A DNA stretch of 63,966 bases, counting the filler, from Reticulomyxa filosa (taxonomy: Eukaryota; Protista; Foraminifera), in the NCBI GenBank assembly GCA_000512085.1. It is 17 parts of 17 records of this genome, joined end to end, with 100 filler letters (N's around TTAATTAATTAA, not from the genome) between each part and the next. Parts side by side here need not be neighbours in the genome. Positions count along the whole stretch, not along the records: positions 46,579 to 52,547 come from ASPP01009260.1; positions 52,648 to 55,539 come from ASPP01047710.1; positions 55,640 to 58,828 come from ASPP01023227.1; positions 58,929 to 63,966 come from ASPP01034395.1; 13 more parts are not named here. One strand, written 5' to 3'. Shown here piece after piece: positions 50,215-63,966 of this stretch (positions are counted from its first letter, which is position 1; each line of letters begins with the position of its first letter). Both the position numbers and the translations under genes were made by a program. The notes under the pieces are model-generated. The model made no database searches and was not told the origin of the DNA. It saw only the letters and a list, made by a program, of their open reading frames with translations.

Positions 50215-52689
50215 TTCGAAGATATTTAGCTTTGATGATATAAAAAAGATAAAAATTAGAAAAATTCTAAAAAAGTTCTGTTAGTTTGAGAAGGTATATA
50301 TCTTACTACAAATTAAAATATAACTGTTTAAATTGTTCAAAGGATTTGAATCAAACGTTTTGGAGAAAATGCATCGATTCCAACAAAACTTTTCACAAGC
50401 GATGACAAAAGCAAAAAGTTTAACAAAGTGTTTTTTTGAAGTTATAAATCGTGACAAACACGAAATTAAACAATTAAACTAGTTCAATCCAACAACAAAT
50501 AATAAATTTCATTTAATAAAAAAAGTAATATTGAACGATGGAAAGTACAAAGAATGATACGAAAATACGAACGTTAATGATGAAGTCTAACAGTGTGTTC
50601 GGTCAAGCGAAAAAACGAAGCCAAAATTATGTATATTGTGAATAACATATTGATTAAATATTACGACGAACATAACATGATGTCCGACGAGACAGTGGAT
50701 GCAGGCGACAAAACAATCAAATGTGCTAGATATTGGATCGAACGGAATTGATCAACGACTAAAAGAAGCAGACAGAGTTTCATATTAGTTTTGAAAGAAG
50801 ATATTTCGGAAAAGGAATTCATGTGGTTTGACGCTTTTATGGGAACAAATTTGTTGCTTAATATCACTTTGAAGAGCAAAAAGTGATTATATAAATTTTG
50901 GACAAACGCCAGCTTGACAACAATCATAATAAATGTCAACTTTTCTGATTATCATATGATAGCGTTACTTCTTCAGAAGAAAGAAATTGAACAAAATATC
51001 GAATATAAAAACGAATTGATAATGCAATAAAAAAAAGAAACAAGACAAAAAGTCTAGTCTAAAATGACAATAGTCAAAGTGTATCAAAAAAGATAAAGAT
51101 GAAGTTTATATAAATAATGAATATAAAAGTAAAAATAATACATGATGACTACGAAGTACTAATTAAATATGAATGAGCAAAAGAAATTGTAGAAGATGAG
51201 AATGATAATTTTGAGATAAATGTGTTACCAATGATCAACAGAATGAAAACGAAGAAAACATAATTACAATAAGTAATTATGTGCATGCTTTGCCTGTGCT
51301 GGGCAATTTTAAATAAATTCTAAAAGCACAACAACTCAACTGTTGATTTAGCACCGAAATATTTAATCAAATATAATAAAAAAGCTTATAACTAAGATGA
51401 ATTGTTGAAGTAAATTGATATGTTATACAAAAAACTTTATAATGATAGTACGGCGGAACATTTGCTATATGGTTAGTCTAGTGAATCAATCAATTGAGAT
51501 AACTACTTCGGGAAATATTTTCTTTATCATCATATACTGCAAACAATTTGCTTATTGTGGCAATTAAGAATAACAAAATATTGTGTTGACATCTGTAATG
51601 AAAAGTATAAATTAAAATGATATAATGATTGTTCGAAATACGATATAACTACTTGCGAAACGAAGTACTGGTCTATGAAATAAATATTTGATCAACTACA
51701 AGATTGGAAGCTTGAATATATTATGTATTAAACGCAAGTGTATAATCGACAAAGTCAAAAAATGTACATTTAGCAAAAACAAGATTTTAAAGTAATATTT
51801 ATCACAATAATAAATTTTTAAAATGACAATGCTTAATCGAATAGATTTAAGTTCATTAAAACAAGTTAATTCTATGTATGAGAAAATTTGAATATAATTT
51901 TGACTGATAGAATTTACTGGATAATGAAATTTATTGTAGAAATGATATAGAGCAAAGTATGTTCACAAAGATTATTGCAAACTTGAAAGTATATAACAAT
52001 AATTCAATGATACAACGATTTGGAAGACATATAAAAGAATATAATCAAATACATTTGCAGGATAGCACAAGAAATTTTAATCACGTAATTAGATAGTAAC
52101 GCATTAAGATAAACGAATCATTGTTGAAATTGTTTACTGAATATTGAAAATTATATCAACAGAAGTGAAAGTAAATACATATTATAATGCATTTATGACA
52201 TTATATGCACTTTGATAAGCAAATAGTAAATAAATGATTACAAATAGATTCAGTAAATAACATGTTCATACTGAATAAGAAAAAGGAAATTAAAAAAGAC
52301 GAAAATAAAATAATAAATTGCTTTGGCATAATACAATGAATAAAAAAAAATAAATAAATACAGTATAATGAAAAGTAAAGTTGACAACTAAAACGTCACC
52401 TTATAGAGATAATTGATTTTCTTCATGAAAAAACAACATTCATACTTAATTTTTTTTAAAAATATCTACAAATAGTGTAGTTTTTAAATATTATTTTGAT
52501 TTTTTATTAAATCTTTCATGATTATTTCAATATTTTATACTTTATTTNNNNNNNNNNNNNNNNNNNNNNNNNNNNNNNNNNNNNNNNNNNNTTAATTAAT
52601 TAANNNNNNNNNNNNNNNNNNNNNNNNNNNNNNNNNNNNNNNNNNNNAACAAATACGTAACATTTTCAATTAAACAAAAAAATAATTAG

Positions 52690-55512
52690 ATATTGCAAAA
52701 ACAGCAGCTTTGAAGGAGACATTATTTATATTATTCATATGTATTGTCACGACGATACCCAGTTTTGTCTTTTTTTTCAAATAATACATACGCATATAAT
52801 TGTGTATCGATGGATTTACAGTTGTGTTAGTTGGAGATCCTGGAACATCAAAAACATTATCTCTTCAAATTCTCAGAAATAATATGTCTCAATCTGAAAT
52901 TGAAAATTTTCGACAAAGACTAAAAAATAAAGGTATTGATTTGAAGGCTCTCCATATCGTTTCTTTTCAATGTACACAAAACAGCAAAGCCTTTCGAATC
53001 AAGGAAAGATGGAATCAAGCGATGAGCCACTCGGAGAGCAAATTTGTCAAACCCTTGCTGTTATTGGATGAAATTGGTTTGGCAGAGCATTCTAAACATT
53101 CCCCTTTGAAGGTGTTGCATCACTTGTTAGAAAATCCAAAAATTTTATTTATTGGATTGTCTAATTGGCCTTTGGATGCTGCGAAAATGAATCGTGTCAT
53201 TGTGCATCAAATTCCAAATAATCTCGATGCTGATCTTAAAGCCATTGGAGAAGCGATTTACAAGACCAAATATACAAGCTTAAAGCAGGGTGATATAGAC
53301 ATGCTGGTCGATGTGTTCAAAGAACTGAATAAACAGATATCAAAACAAAAGTTGCCTTTATGCAAAGAAAACTGGTTGGGGAGACGGGATTTTTATGCTC
53401 TGATTCGCCATTACATGCACAAACCGGTACCCAGAGAATCTTTTCAAGGTATAATGAGAAATTTAGGAGGTTACAGAGACCCACAATTTCAAAAGTGCTT
53501 GGCAGAGGCATTGGAAAAAGTGTTTCGAAAAAGTGCAAAAGAGATATCAGCATTAATGAGTGATTGGGGATCTTTGAAATGTGTGGAAATGAATCTTCAA
53601 GATAAAGATTGCAGACATTGTATGTTGGTGTGTGAGAAGCCCTATTCCTGGCAATTGTTGTTGGATCACAATCTATTGTCATGTGAAGACGCAGTATTTT
53701 TATTTGAGAGTAAATTTGCATCGGACACAGCCACCATGACAAGCTATGATCATTTGCACAAGGTCATCAATTGCATGCAAGTTGGAAAAAAAGTTGTCTT
53801 ATACAAGTTGAAATCGATTCACGAATGTCTTTATGACATGCTCAATCAAAGATATTCTACTGATTCTTCAAGTATGTTTTTTACTCTTTTTTTTTAAGTG
53901 TTATTCCTCACTTTTTTTCTCTTTATTCTTCTAGAGGACCGCTTTTGCCGTGTGGCTATGGAGGACCAGACCAGAGATTGCATTGTCGCAAAAGAATTTA
54001 AATGTATCGTTATTGTCTCCAAAGAAGATATGGAGAATTCAGTTACATCATACATTGAACAATTTAGCCAATTTGTTCTTAATTTGTTTGTCCTTTGTTG
54101 TTTTTACAAAGAGGGAAAAAGCATTTTTTGGACGCTTTGAAAGGCAACATATTTCGTACATTGGGTCATTGTCTCCATCCGATTTTGAAAAAGTAGATAT
54201 CTTTAAAAAGTATTTGTGTAACCGCTACGGTCTCTTTAGAAAAAAGGAGCTACCCGAATTGTTTTGCGGATTCAATGATGACACAATTCCTTCAGCTATT
54301 CTACATATTCTATTGCAACAAGGTAATCGTGATAACGAAGACATAAAACAAGATGAAACGGAGCAATTATTGGAATTGTTTTATCCACTTTGCCATCCAG
54401 CCAAAATTGTGGGGTTGACAATGTGTTCGCCTCCTCGAAATGTCAACTATACGGATCGATCTTTTGGCACATTTGTTAAGTGTCTTCTTTTTAATGGGAA
54501 AAAGTCCTCATTAAACTATTTACAAAATAAAACGAAATAAACAAATAGGAGCAAGTCCTGGATACTGCAAAGAAAAATTCCAAAAAAGAAATGTTGTTAA
54601 TTTTGACCTGTGATTTGGAATACAACTCCTTTCAACGCAAATGGAATAGTAAGCGTATTCGTGATTATATGAAAGTAAGTCATCTCGAAAAAGATGTGAC
54701 AAATTTCTTTGAGAGTTCCATGATGGACATGCTCGTTTTACAATATCAGCATAAGACCGATGACCTAACGCAGTTTTTTCAAATCAAGTGTATTCTCGAA
54801 AGTGCACATTCTTTGTATTGGAACAAATCTAACAACAAAAAACCTGCAAAAAAAAAATTGGTTGTTCTTATTGTTCATAATGTTATGGGACAAAAGGATC
54901 CATTTCCTATTATTTTTTCTCAGTTTAGACAAACACTTTTTTTTTTTGCAAAACAATAGAAATATTCACCAACATTCTGTTATGGAAATATTTTTAATAG
55001 GAAGTGGAAACTTGCTTTTGTTGATTCCCTGACCAGCCAATCGCCAATAGACTTGAAAAAATTAATCACAAGAGATCCAGCAATTATGATTGATCAGTAT
55101 CCCTCGTTTGAGCGAGTTTGCTTTTATCTTTTCATTGAATATACATGTACATATACCAAAGTCATTCTTTTTTTTATGTTTATGTTTGAATCAGATGCAA
55201 AGACTGATACGACGTGCCTTTTTTTATTTGGAATTCCCGTCTTCTCTCATCCCTTCACTTGAATTGAAAGTTGATCTGGTGCCCACAGAGATTCAAGATC
55301 TAATGGTCGAGAGATTGAAATTAGTGTTGAAGAAAAACATCCCTATTAATTATTTTATCAACAAGATTAAACAAGAAGCTGAACAGACCATGAAAAGACA
55401 AAACGAATCTCAGCCTAGCTTTTTTCAGACCTATCAAATCACTGTAGATAATCTAATCACCTTGGGATGGATTAGAGTCCTGCTATCCCTTTATGAAAAC
55501 TGCTACCTTCAA
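52690..55512 (+). CDS. RNF213/mysterin-like dynein-related AAA+ ATPase, internal fragment
   Basis: Walker A 'VLVGDPGTSKT', 'SFQCT', Walker B 'LLLLDEIGLAE...SPLKVLH.LLE', 'IGLSNWPLDAAKMNR', 'GRRDFYALI' and 'LYDMLNQRY' occur in the same order as in the RNF213 AAA core. Multi-exon. Confidence 0.88.
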
Positions 55513-55639
55513 GTTATTTATTTTTTTTTTTTTTTTTTGNNNNNNNNNNNNNNNNNNNNNNNNNNNNNNNNNNNNNNNNNNNNTTAATTAATTAANNNNN
55601 NNNNNNNNNNNNNNNNNNNNNNNNNNNNNNNNNNNNNNN

Positions 55640-56160
55640 TATTGTTATAATATACCTCAAAAACGCAGTACCCACTGTCCATCATAAGGATTTAGCTTAT
55701 TGCTTTGGTGTAAGAGGACAGAATTTGTATTTGAATTTAAAAACTGATTATACAAATAGTCTTGAGTTTGCAATATTGTGCAAAAAAAAAAAAGTTTTTT
55801 TTTCCTTTCTATGGTGGTGTATCAATGGAAAGAGAGAAACAATGGAAATGTTATTGTCCTTAATGGAGGTATGTCAAAAGTAGTCAGTGAATTCGACATA
55901 CATAAATGCAAATGGCTCCAACTTCCTCCTACCAATCATTTTCATTATCAAAACAGATTCAATGGTCGCTGTGCAAATTTCTTTGTAAATAAAAAAAACT
56001 CACTTCTCACTGTCATGAGCTATGTCATTGATCATAAAAAAATGGTGCTGGTGTTGTTGAAATCTTTGATGAAAGAGAGAAGGTTGATTGGCACATTCTC
56101 AGACCTGAAAGTGACATTTTGACCTCATTGTTGTCTTTCAATGGTCCAGTGGCCAACAAT
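55640..56160 (+). pseudogene. Possible decayed Kelch-like fragment
   Basis: 'VIVLNGG...SEFDIHKCKWLQLPPTN' has a Kelch-like GG...W..LP pattern; frame broken. Confidence 0.3.
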
Positions 56161-58970
56161 AATATACAGTGTCAAAATTAAAAAAAATGATTCACAATCC
56201 AATACTTTTTTGCACTTACCATATTTGTGTTAGTATTCTCACTGTGAAATAAAATTTTGACTAGATCTGATAAGCGTTGGTATACTTGACTTCCAAAGAA
56301 AGCGAAATTGAAAGACAAACACAATAACCTAGAGACCGGAGTACTGCAACACCAAATACAAATAAACATGAACAAAAAACAAGATCTTTTGATCAGGAAC
56401 AAAAATCTGTGAGCGTCTCGATCACTTTTCATTACTTTTGTGGGATCTGATGGTATTATATTTATTTTCAATTAATATTACCACCTTGTCGTTGACCAAA
56501 GAAAACAAAAACTACCCTTTTGCAATTTTTTATGTTTCATTTTCAATAGTTTGAAGGAAAAGATGTTTTCGGGAGGGTTTGTTTGATATATGTTTCCACA
56601 ATGACTGATGGAAACAAAAATGTTGGAACAAAGCTTTCTGGTACACTTACTATTTACTTTGCTTCTTATGAAATTTTGCTTATAAACAAACTGTTTTGTG
56701 CTTCACTTCAAACGTTTCTCTTTTGTTTTATGAACATAACCACGATTTTTTGGAAAATTCTGAACAGAAAGCAAAACTGGCAAAAAGAAAAGTAAACTGC
56801 TAATGTTAGCAGCCAACAAATGTCAAATACTAAAAAACAAATTGACAACAAAATTTCAATGAAAATGAAACTGCTTCTTGCAAATACAATATTATGGTGT
56901 CTGCACAGACTAATGAAATCAAATTATATAGGCTTAGAGGAAACATAACATACAATTTTATCTTAGAATATCTATTGTAAAATTGAAAAACTGACATCAA
57001 CTTTCCATCATCTACAAGCCGACGATAAAACTACAAAATAACTATTATTGAAACAAATTTCTTAATAATCAGCAAATGCAAATTTTAAGAAGCAATAAGT
57101 AGTACCTTTTACTTTTAGCATCTAAATTGTTCAATAAAAAAACAAACAAATTTTAGTAAAATTTTGACGTTTTGGAATATTCATGCATTAGCACAAAGGT
57201 TAAAATTTTAACTGTAATTATCAAAATTCATAAAAAAGGCATTAAAACAAGCACATTAAAGCCAAATTTATACATAATATCATTCATTAAACTCGTTAAA
57301 ATAAATTTTATGTAAATAAAAACACAAAATATTCAATTAAACATTATTATCTTATCAATTTTTAAACACATTAAAATTTTTAAATGTAATAAACGTAAAA
57401 TCAATGGAAGCAAAATTGTTAAAAAACATTTATGACTAAATTGAGGAATAATAAAAAAGTCTATATAGTTTGCAGACATAACAATATTAATCTTTTTTTA
57501 AGGTTCTTTTGCTATTCAGCATTTAATCATAAATTACAATATGCTTAATTTAGCAACAACAATTTTAGAAACAATGGAAAAAAAGATTTTTCCGCAAAAA
57601 ATATTAATCCAAATAAAAATCAGTTGTCTTTTTTTTTATTCATTCACTTATTTGCGTTCATTTATCGATACAAGCCTTTCCCTCATTGCGGTAATATAAT
57701 TTTTCAATTAAATTAGCAGAATCTTTTCATATTTCATACATGTACTATCATATATAGCGTAGAATAAACCATCAGTGAGTCATAATTGATTCTAAAGTTG
57801 CATCAACGTTTTTCTGGCAACATTACAATTAATTTTCTATTTTAGCTTCGATTTTCCAGCATAGACCACTTTCTATAATAGTACCTGTAAATCTTTTTAA
57901 ACTATCAGCTTCGCAAGTTTATTAAAATTTTTTTAAAGCGTAGTTTTTAAATAGTTTTGTATTTGCAAAATTTATTTTTTTTTTGCTGCCTTTTCTTAAT
58001 TTAACAATAACTTCTTTTGACTAATAGTTTTTGAATGTTTTTTTACCGCATTTATCGCTTTAAATACCTTTATTTAAGAAAATTATTAGGTTTTAGTAAA
58101 AAATGTATTGATGTAACAATTAAATCCTGTAATTCTATTTAAACAACAGCATTTTATAATTTTGTTTATTTTCATCATTATTGTCTATTTTCTGACTTTG
58201 ATACAAAGTGATAATAATTATTAGTCAGTAGAGTATCATGTTAACAAATTTAATCTCTTCCAATGTGAATTGGATTATTTTGATCAGATAATTATAATGA
58301 GTATCTGTGAAAAAAATCTGATCTATTTACTTCCTCAAATTCTACAGCTTTCTTCTAATATAACATTACTTGGATAAACATTCATTTATTTTTGAGGTAT
58401 GATAATAACAGTTTCTTTCATCTTCACTCCACAAATGAAAGTTCATGTTTGCATAGAACGCATTTAGAGCCAAAAACAAATTAAACACTTTCTCTTTGAA
58501 AGATAGTTTGCAAAAATATGCCATTGTATTTTACAATTGAATTAAAAAATCGTAAAAATCATGAAAAGAAATTAAAGCAAGCAGCACACAAAAAAAAATA
58601 AATACAAATTCTAAAGTTTTGCAAAAAATAATCTATCACTATAAAAAAAATAAACTAGCCTTAAAAAAATCAAATACAATGTTGCAAAAACTTCGCCCAA
58701 ACCAAAGTTGAGTACTAAAAATAAGCAAACAAAATATTTTGACCTAAAAACAAAAAATTTTTAATTATCACATTAATACTAAATTTTTGCTTCAAAAAAC
58801 TAAAAAAAAATTGGGCACAAAAAAAAAANNNNNNNNNNNNNNNNNNNNNNNNNNNNNNNNNNNNNNNNNNNNTTAATTAATTAANNNNNNNNNNNNNNNN
58901 NNNNNNNNNNNNNNNNNNNNNNNNNNNNTTTTTGTTCCTTGTCAAAAAAAAACTCATTAAATTTACCGAC

Positions 58971-60553
58971 ATGGCCGCAATGCAACAGCCAGATCCATTG
59001 TCTGATGATGAATTCCTCCTAACGAGTGAAAATGAAGGGGATAATATTGATCAAACAAAGAAAAGATTGAAGGATGAAGATGACAAAATTGATAACGTTC
59101 AAGAAGACAAATCAAAAACACTACCTGATATTGAAAGAATTTTGTAAATGGCCCTTGCTAGGCTTCCAACACACAAAGCAAAAATATTAGCTAAAAACTG
59201 TACTAGGATATCAAATTCTTTATATTTTGGCGACTCAGTTGTAAAATCGAAAATAGATTGAAAAACCACTCAAGCAATTTATTTGCAGTAACCGAAGAAG
59301 AAACGATACAATTGAATATGAATGCTACCCCTTCACTTGCAGAGCATCAAAAGATGTAGATTGCCCAAGGGGTGTATGCACAAGCTGTAATACGCACTTT
59401 TATTCGTATCACAAATACGAATGTATTTGGCAGTTACAATGTGGACATCATATATGCAGAGACTACGTCCATAAATATTTTGAAATGTGTTATGAAAAAC
59501 ATTTAAGTTGGCCCAAAAATTTGAATCAATTTCATTCTATGTATATACGTAAATACAACATTCCTGACGATGTAGCGTTTGCTATTCGACAACTTGTCGA
59601 AGCAAAATGTGCACATTTGACGGAGGATGGAAAAACTTGTGATCAGTTTGTTTTTTGTTCATGCAATAATTCGCGCTGTACAAAGTTCGCGAATTTGCTG
59701 TTGGCATCATAACAGCAAAATGCAAACGGGAAAATTCCCAAGTTTATTAGTTACTTCAACGATGAAGCAATACGAACACTTTTACGTTATTCAAAATATT
59801 TGCAGCATTGGAAATTAAAGAAAAAAGAAATGGGAACTTCATGAATAAATTCTTCCGAAGATATCAAAATCAAAAAGCAAAAAACAATCAACACGTTCCA
59901 ACAATCAAAAAATTACTAAAAATGAATTAATTGATATTGCAGACCAAGAAAATGGTGCTGATGAAATGGGTGGTTACGACGAACTATCAACGAACAAAGT
60001 ACTTAAAGAAAGGAGTTTGAATGAAATGAAAAAAGATGAAACTCCCACTATTGAAAAAATTCCTGATCCTGAACGAGTAATAAAGCAACAAAAAACGAAT
60101 GCTAGTGAAGTGTTACTATATGCAACTTTTGCAGCATATATTGAAAGTCTATTGACGAAAATCAAAGAAACTCAATGTGCACAACAATTACAGTACTTTC
60201 ATCAAGTACAACAAATCCAAAAACTCTAAAGAGATATTGACTATCTGTAATCAAGGAACAGAAGATAGTACATAATGAAGAGAGCGCTGAAAAAAATCCA
60301 ATATTATTTCCGCATCATGGCAGTGGTAACGGATATTATGGACATTTTCAAGGCAATCATTCTCAAAGCGGTCATTTTCAAGGCAGCCACTTTTTTGCAG
60401 CAATAATTTAAAATGCAACTTAATGAAAATGAAAAAATTAAACGAAATATTAGCAATTTTTTGAACGAATACTCCAAAATATGGACAGAAAAATTGATAA
60501 TTTAATTGACCGAATTACCAAAGTTGAAAACAAACTCAAACAAATAAAATAAC
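58971..60553 (+). pseudogene. Decayed gene with a Cys/His-rich (RING/IBR-like) region
   Basis: Fragmented frames containing 'CPRGVCTSC...LQCGHHICRDY...CAH...CDQFVFCSCNNSRC', interrupted by several stops. Confidence 0.4.
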
Positions 60554-61439
60554 ATAAAACAGAAAACTTAATATGTTGTTGCCATTGATAATATCTTTTT
60601 TTAAATTATTTTTGTACAATTATTAACTAAATAATTTTATTAATAATTGTACAAATTCACAATTAAAGCCTTTAACTGGTTGCTGAAAGAAAAGCAAAAT
60701 AACCACATGAATTTCGGTTGTATTTTAGTAAATTTTCTTATTTTCATTCAGTTTTGCCAAAATAATCTTTTTGATTTGTTATCGTACAATGAAGAGCTAT
60801 TTTTTTCATTTCATAATTGGGTAATAAATTAATAAAGTTCATTATTGTAATAATATATTCTTTTGTTGATTTTGATGCATGCATTAATATATCATTTTTT
60901 CATATATTTCTTTGGATAATTTTTTTTGAACTATACGAACACAATGTAGAACATTCAATTTCATATAATTTTTGTAAATTTTACTTTACAAATAAAAATA
61001 ATTAAAACAAAAATAAAAAAAAATCAATGAAGAATTATTTTTCAATTACCAAAACAATATCAATAAAAAGGTAGTGAAGCAAAACAAATATTAAAAAATT
61101 GAAAATTGGTATACGTATCCTTAAAAATACTTTTCTGTCAATATATTACATTGCAGAAAAAAAACGCATTATTCAGATAATACATATAGTTTTTCTTAGA
61201 AAAATAATTGATGTTGTAGATTTGTAGAATCCTTAAAACCATTTTCTACAATTTAGATAATTAGATAAAAGTGAAATTAGTGATCCATAAAGCCTAAGAA
61301 AAAAATAGGTTTAATACCTAAACAAGCAATGCAAAATATTTTTAAAATAATTATATTTTAATTTCTTTTTAAAGTATTTTCAGGATAAATTAAAACGATT
61401 TCTATTACAACAACTCATTTTTGCAACAATTGAAATAAA

Positions 61440-61915
61440 AATGGATCATACCGGTATAATTGAAGGTAATTGATATATTATTTGTTCATGATCAAATGAT
61501 GGTACCATTAGAATTTGGTATATTGAAAAGGGCAAAAATCTTACTTTGTTCAAAGGACATAAACATTTTGTAACAACGGATCAAAGTATTAGAAAGTACT
61601 ATATTATTTGGATCAAGTGATTTCATTGTATGTTTGTGGTATATTCGAACTAGTAAAATTATTAACATATTCACTGGACATAAAGCTACTTCTTATGATA
61701 TTGAGTATTCGCCCTTTGTGAATATTGTATGTTCTGCTTCATATGATCATACAATTCGTTTTTGGAGTACTAAAATGAATAATCAAGATCATTGTATCAA
61801 TACAAGTAAAAATAAAGATAATGGCATTAAATGTATTAAATTTATAAAATCAAAAAATAATGATTGTATTTCTTTATGTCATGTGTCATATAATGGTAGA
61901 ATTTGTGTTTGGTAA
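61440..61915 (+). pseudogene. Decayed WD40-family gene (C-terminal repeats)
   Basis: 'IFTGH...IEYSPF...IVCSASYDHTIRFW...GIKCIKF...LCHVSYNGRICVW' parallels the C-termini of 18161-19627 and 26908-28293. The upstream part is broken. Confidence 0.65.
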
Positions 61916-62003
61916 TGATTTTATTTACTTTTGATTTGAGTTTTTTATGTCGGAGACACAAATACAAAAATTAACAAGGCCTCTGTATTGAAAAGCATAT
62001 AAA

Positions 62004-62154
62004 TTAACAAGACAACATGCATTGACAAGACAATAGTCATTGATAAGACAACATGCATTGGCAAGATAACAAATATTGTCAAGATAACATGCATTGACAA
62101 TACAACAGTCATTGACAAGAAAACTGTCATTTACAAGAAAACAGTCATTGACAT
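62004..62154. repeat. 18-bp tandem repeat, about 8.3 degenerate copies (consensus TTGACAAGACAACAKKCA)
   Basis: Units start at 62004, 62022, 62040, 62058, 62076, 62094, 62112, 62130 and 62148. Confidence 0.9.
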
Positions 62155-63966
62155 ACGAAGAAAGAAACACAAATTAGGAGAAGTTTGTATTACTCCATTT
62201 TTTTTTTATATTGGTTTTTGATTATAAGATGAAATCTTGTTGTTCATCTGATTAAAATTTCTTTTTAACGAACAATCTATTTGATGTTGAAGATTTTGAA
62301 GTAAATTTCCAAATAATAATATAGTACGATTTATAGCATTGTTTTCGTTTTGGAATTGATATTATTGTTTTTATTTTGTAAATTATACAATGCTACTTTA
62401 AGAGTATTATTCTCATTTTCCAAACTGTACAGTTTTTTAAGTTCATTTTCTTAAATTTTATTTAAAAAAATTTCTAGTATTCGTCTTCAATCGGAATATT
62501 ATTTACATAATTTCTTAACTGCTATATTAGCCTTTTTATTACTTCAATATTGTCATTTGTAAAATCTTTCATTATTGAAATACCTGTACTCTAGTTACAT
62601 CGAATATCCAAAGATAAATTAAATGCTTCACGAAAATCTTTGCACCAAGAACTTACTCATGCCCATTGGTAGGATAACTTCCACAAAACAAGTTAATTGC
62701 TTGAATGAAATCACAGTAATTAAACTTAGTATAAATTAAACTCCAAAAATTATTATTTGAATTAAAATACAAATTGTCAATTATATTATGCAAATAATTT
62801 CTTTGACACATACGACAAATGACATGATCACTTAGCAACAGTATGATTACAATTGTCATGACTGTTATCAATGGAAAAAAACACAAACTAAAAAAAAAAC
62901 TAAACAAAAAAAGACAAAATATAAAAAATTATTCAAAATTAAACTTCAAATAAATAAAAACATAAAATATATTTATAATTAATTCAAATAAAAAATTTTA
63001 AAAAACAATTTTAATTTTGTCAAAAAGATTAACATGCAAATATAAACAAAATTAATCGAACAAAAAAAAGATGAAAAAAGAAAAATTTAACCAATGTGAC
63101 GCCTAGACAAACATTTTCTTTTTCACTTTTTTATTCATATTTTCATTTTTTTTAAATTTAACATTATGTATCCTCAATTTTGCTTTTCTTTAGATGAAAT
63201 TGATTTTAAGGATTCGACAAAATTAGTTTTACTTGGATCCTGAGTTTTATTTTATCAATAAATCTATTTAAAAGAAAAAAAAGTTTGGTAAACAAAAGTA
63301 TATTTGTTGAATTTTATTTTCATTTAATTCAGTACAATTCACTGAACTAGATTGAAATAAATTCACAATGGTCATTGAACCAAATATAATATTATTACAA
63401 GTAATGAAATACAGCAATAGTTTACTTTTTGTTTTATTCTCTTTGGTTAATTTTGTTTGAGAGTTTTTGTTTATTAATAATACATAATCATTTGATAATT
63501 TGTTTATGTTATATTTTTAATTTCCATTTGATAACATTACACTTTTTTGGAATAACATATATTTTATTGTTTTTAAACAACCTTTTGATGTATTTTGGAG
63601 AATGTTTTTCACAAAAACTAATCAATAAACTTGATGCAGGTCGGATGCATGATTTAACATTAGGTAAACACATCATTGTATCTTTACTTTTTTATTCAAG
63701 CAAATAACTTAATTTTACATTCAAAAAAGATTACAGTTAATAATTGACACTCTATCCAAAGTTAAAGTAATAGAAAATGCTTTATCAAAACATGAAAAAA
63801 TCCAGTTATCTCTATAAGAGGATATTTTAAATGTCAGCAAAAAATCTGGTAAAATATAGACTTAAAAAATTGCTACTCTGCAAAAAATTGTGTAATTCTT
63901 GCTTTGTAAAAGTTGCATATTATTACACCAAAAACACACTTTTGTAGAACTCGGAAAGTACCACCA

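Noticed and set aside
36655-55539. An 'immunity island' made of GPCR, Dicer, CNNM, DUF1445 and RNF213-like genes
   Set aside because: These lie on three different contigs separated by linkers. Only GPCR+Dicer and CNNM+DUF1445 are physically linked, so clustering cannot be claimed.
62004-62154. CRISPR array
   Set aside because: Units are head-to-tail 18-mers with no unique spacers, and there are no cas genes; the context is eukaryotic.

Overview
This window is not one locus. It is about 17 unrelated assembly contigs joined by 16 artificial 100-nt linkers (44 N + TTAATTAATTAA + 44 N), so adjacency across linkers has no biological meaning. Sixteen pieces are AT-rich, intron-containing eukaryotic DNA. 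The style (expanded WD40 family with an 'IGVIGGxGYTICSGSxD' insert, (TA)n/poly-T introns, many decayed genes) suggests a foraminiferan/rhizarian such as Reticulomyxa filosa; this is inferred from recalled family style, not from a search. Recognisable eukaryotic genes are: a permuted papain-like (PPPDE/LRAT-type) protein, an FH2 formin with no visible FH1, a PH-domain protein, a 7TM-RGS protein, RING/TRAF-coiled-coil-WD40 proteins and their pseudogenes, MCM3, a Ran-binding-domain protein, a class C-like GPCR with a large Pmp/beta-helix-repeat ectodomain, a Dicer-like protein, a CNNM/CBS protein, a DUF1445 (D-glutamate cyclase-like) protein and an RNF213/mysterin-like AAA+ protein. A 938-bp internally deleted Tc1-like transposon with ~190-200 bp terminal inverted repeats lies at 12710-13647. 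One contig (29173-30566) is GC-rich bacterial DNA (FAD subunit of a molybdo-hydroxylase, MarR regulator, CaiB/BaiF CoA-transferase), most likely from a contaminating or associated bacterium. The best novelty candidates are the beta-helix-ectodomain class C-like GPCR, the 7TM-RGS, the TRAF7-like RING-WD40 family in birth-and-death, the degenerate formin and the RNF213-like protein.
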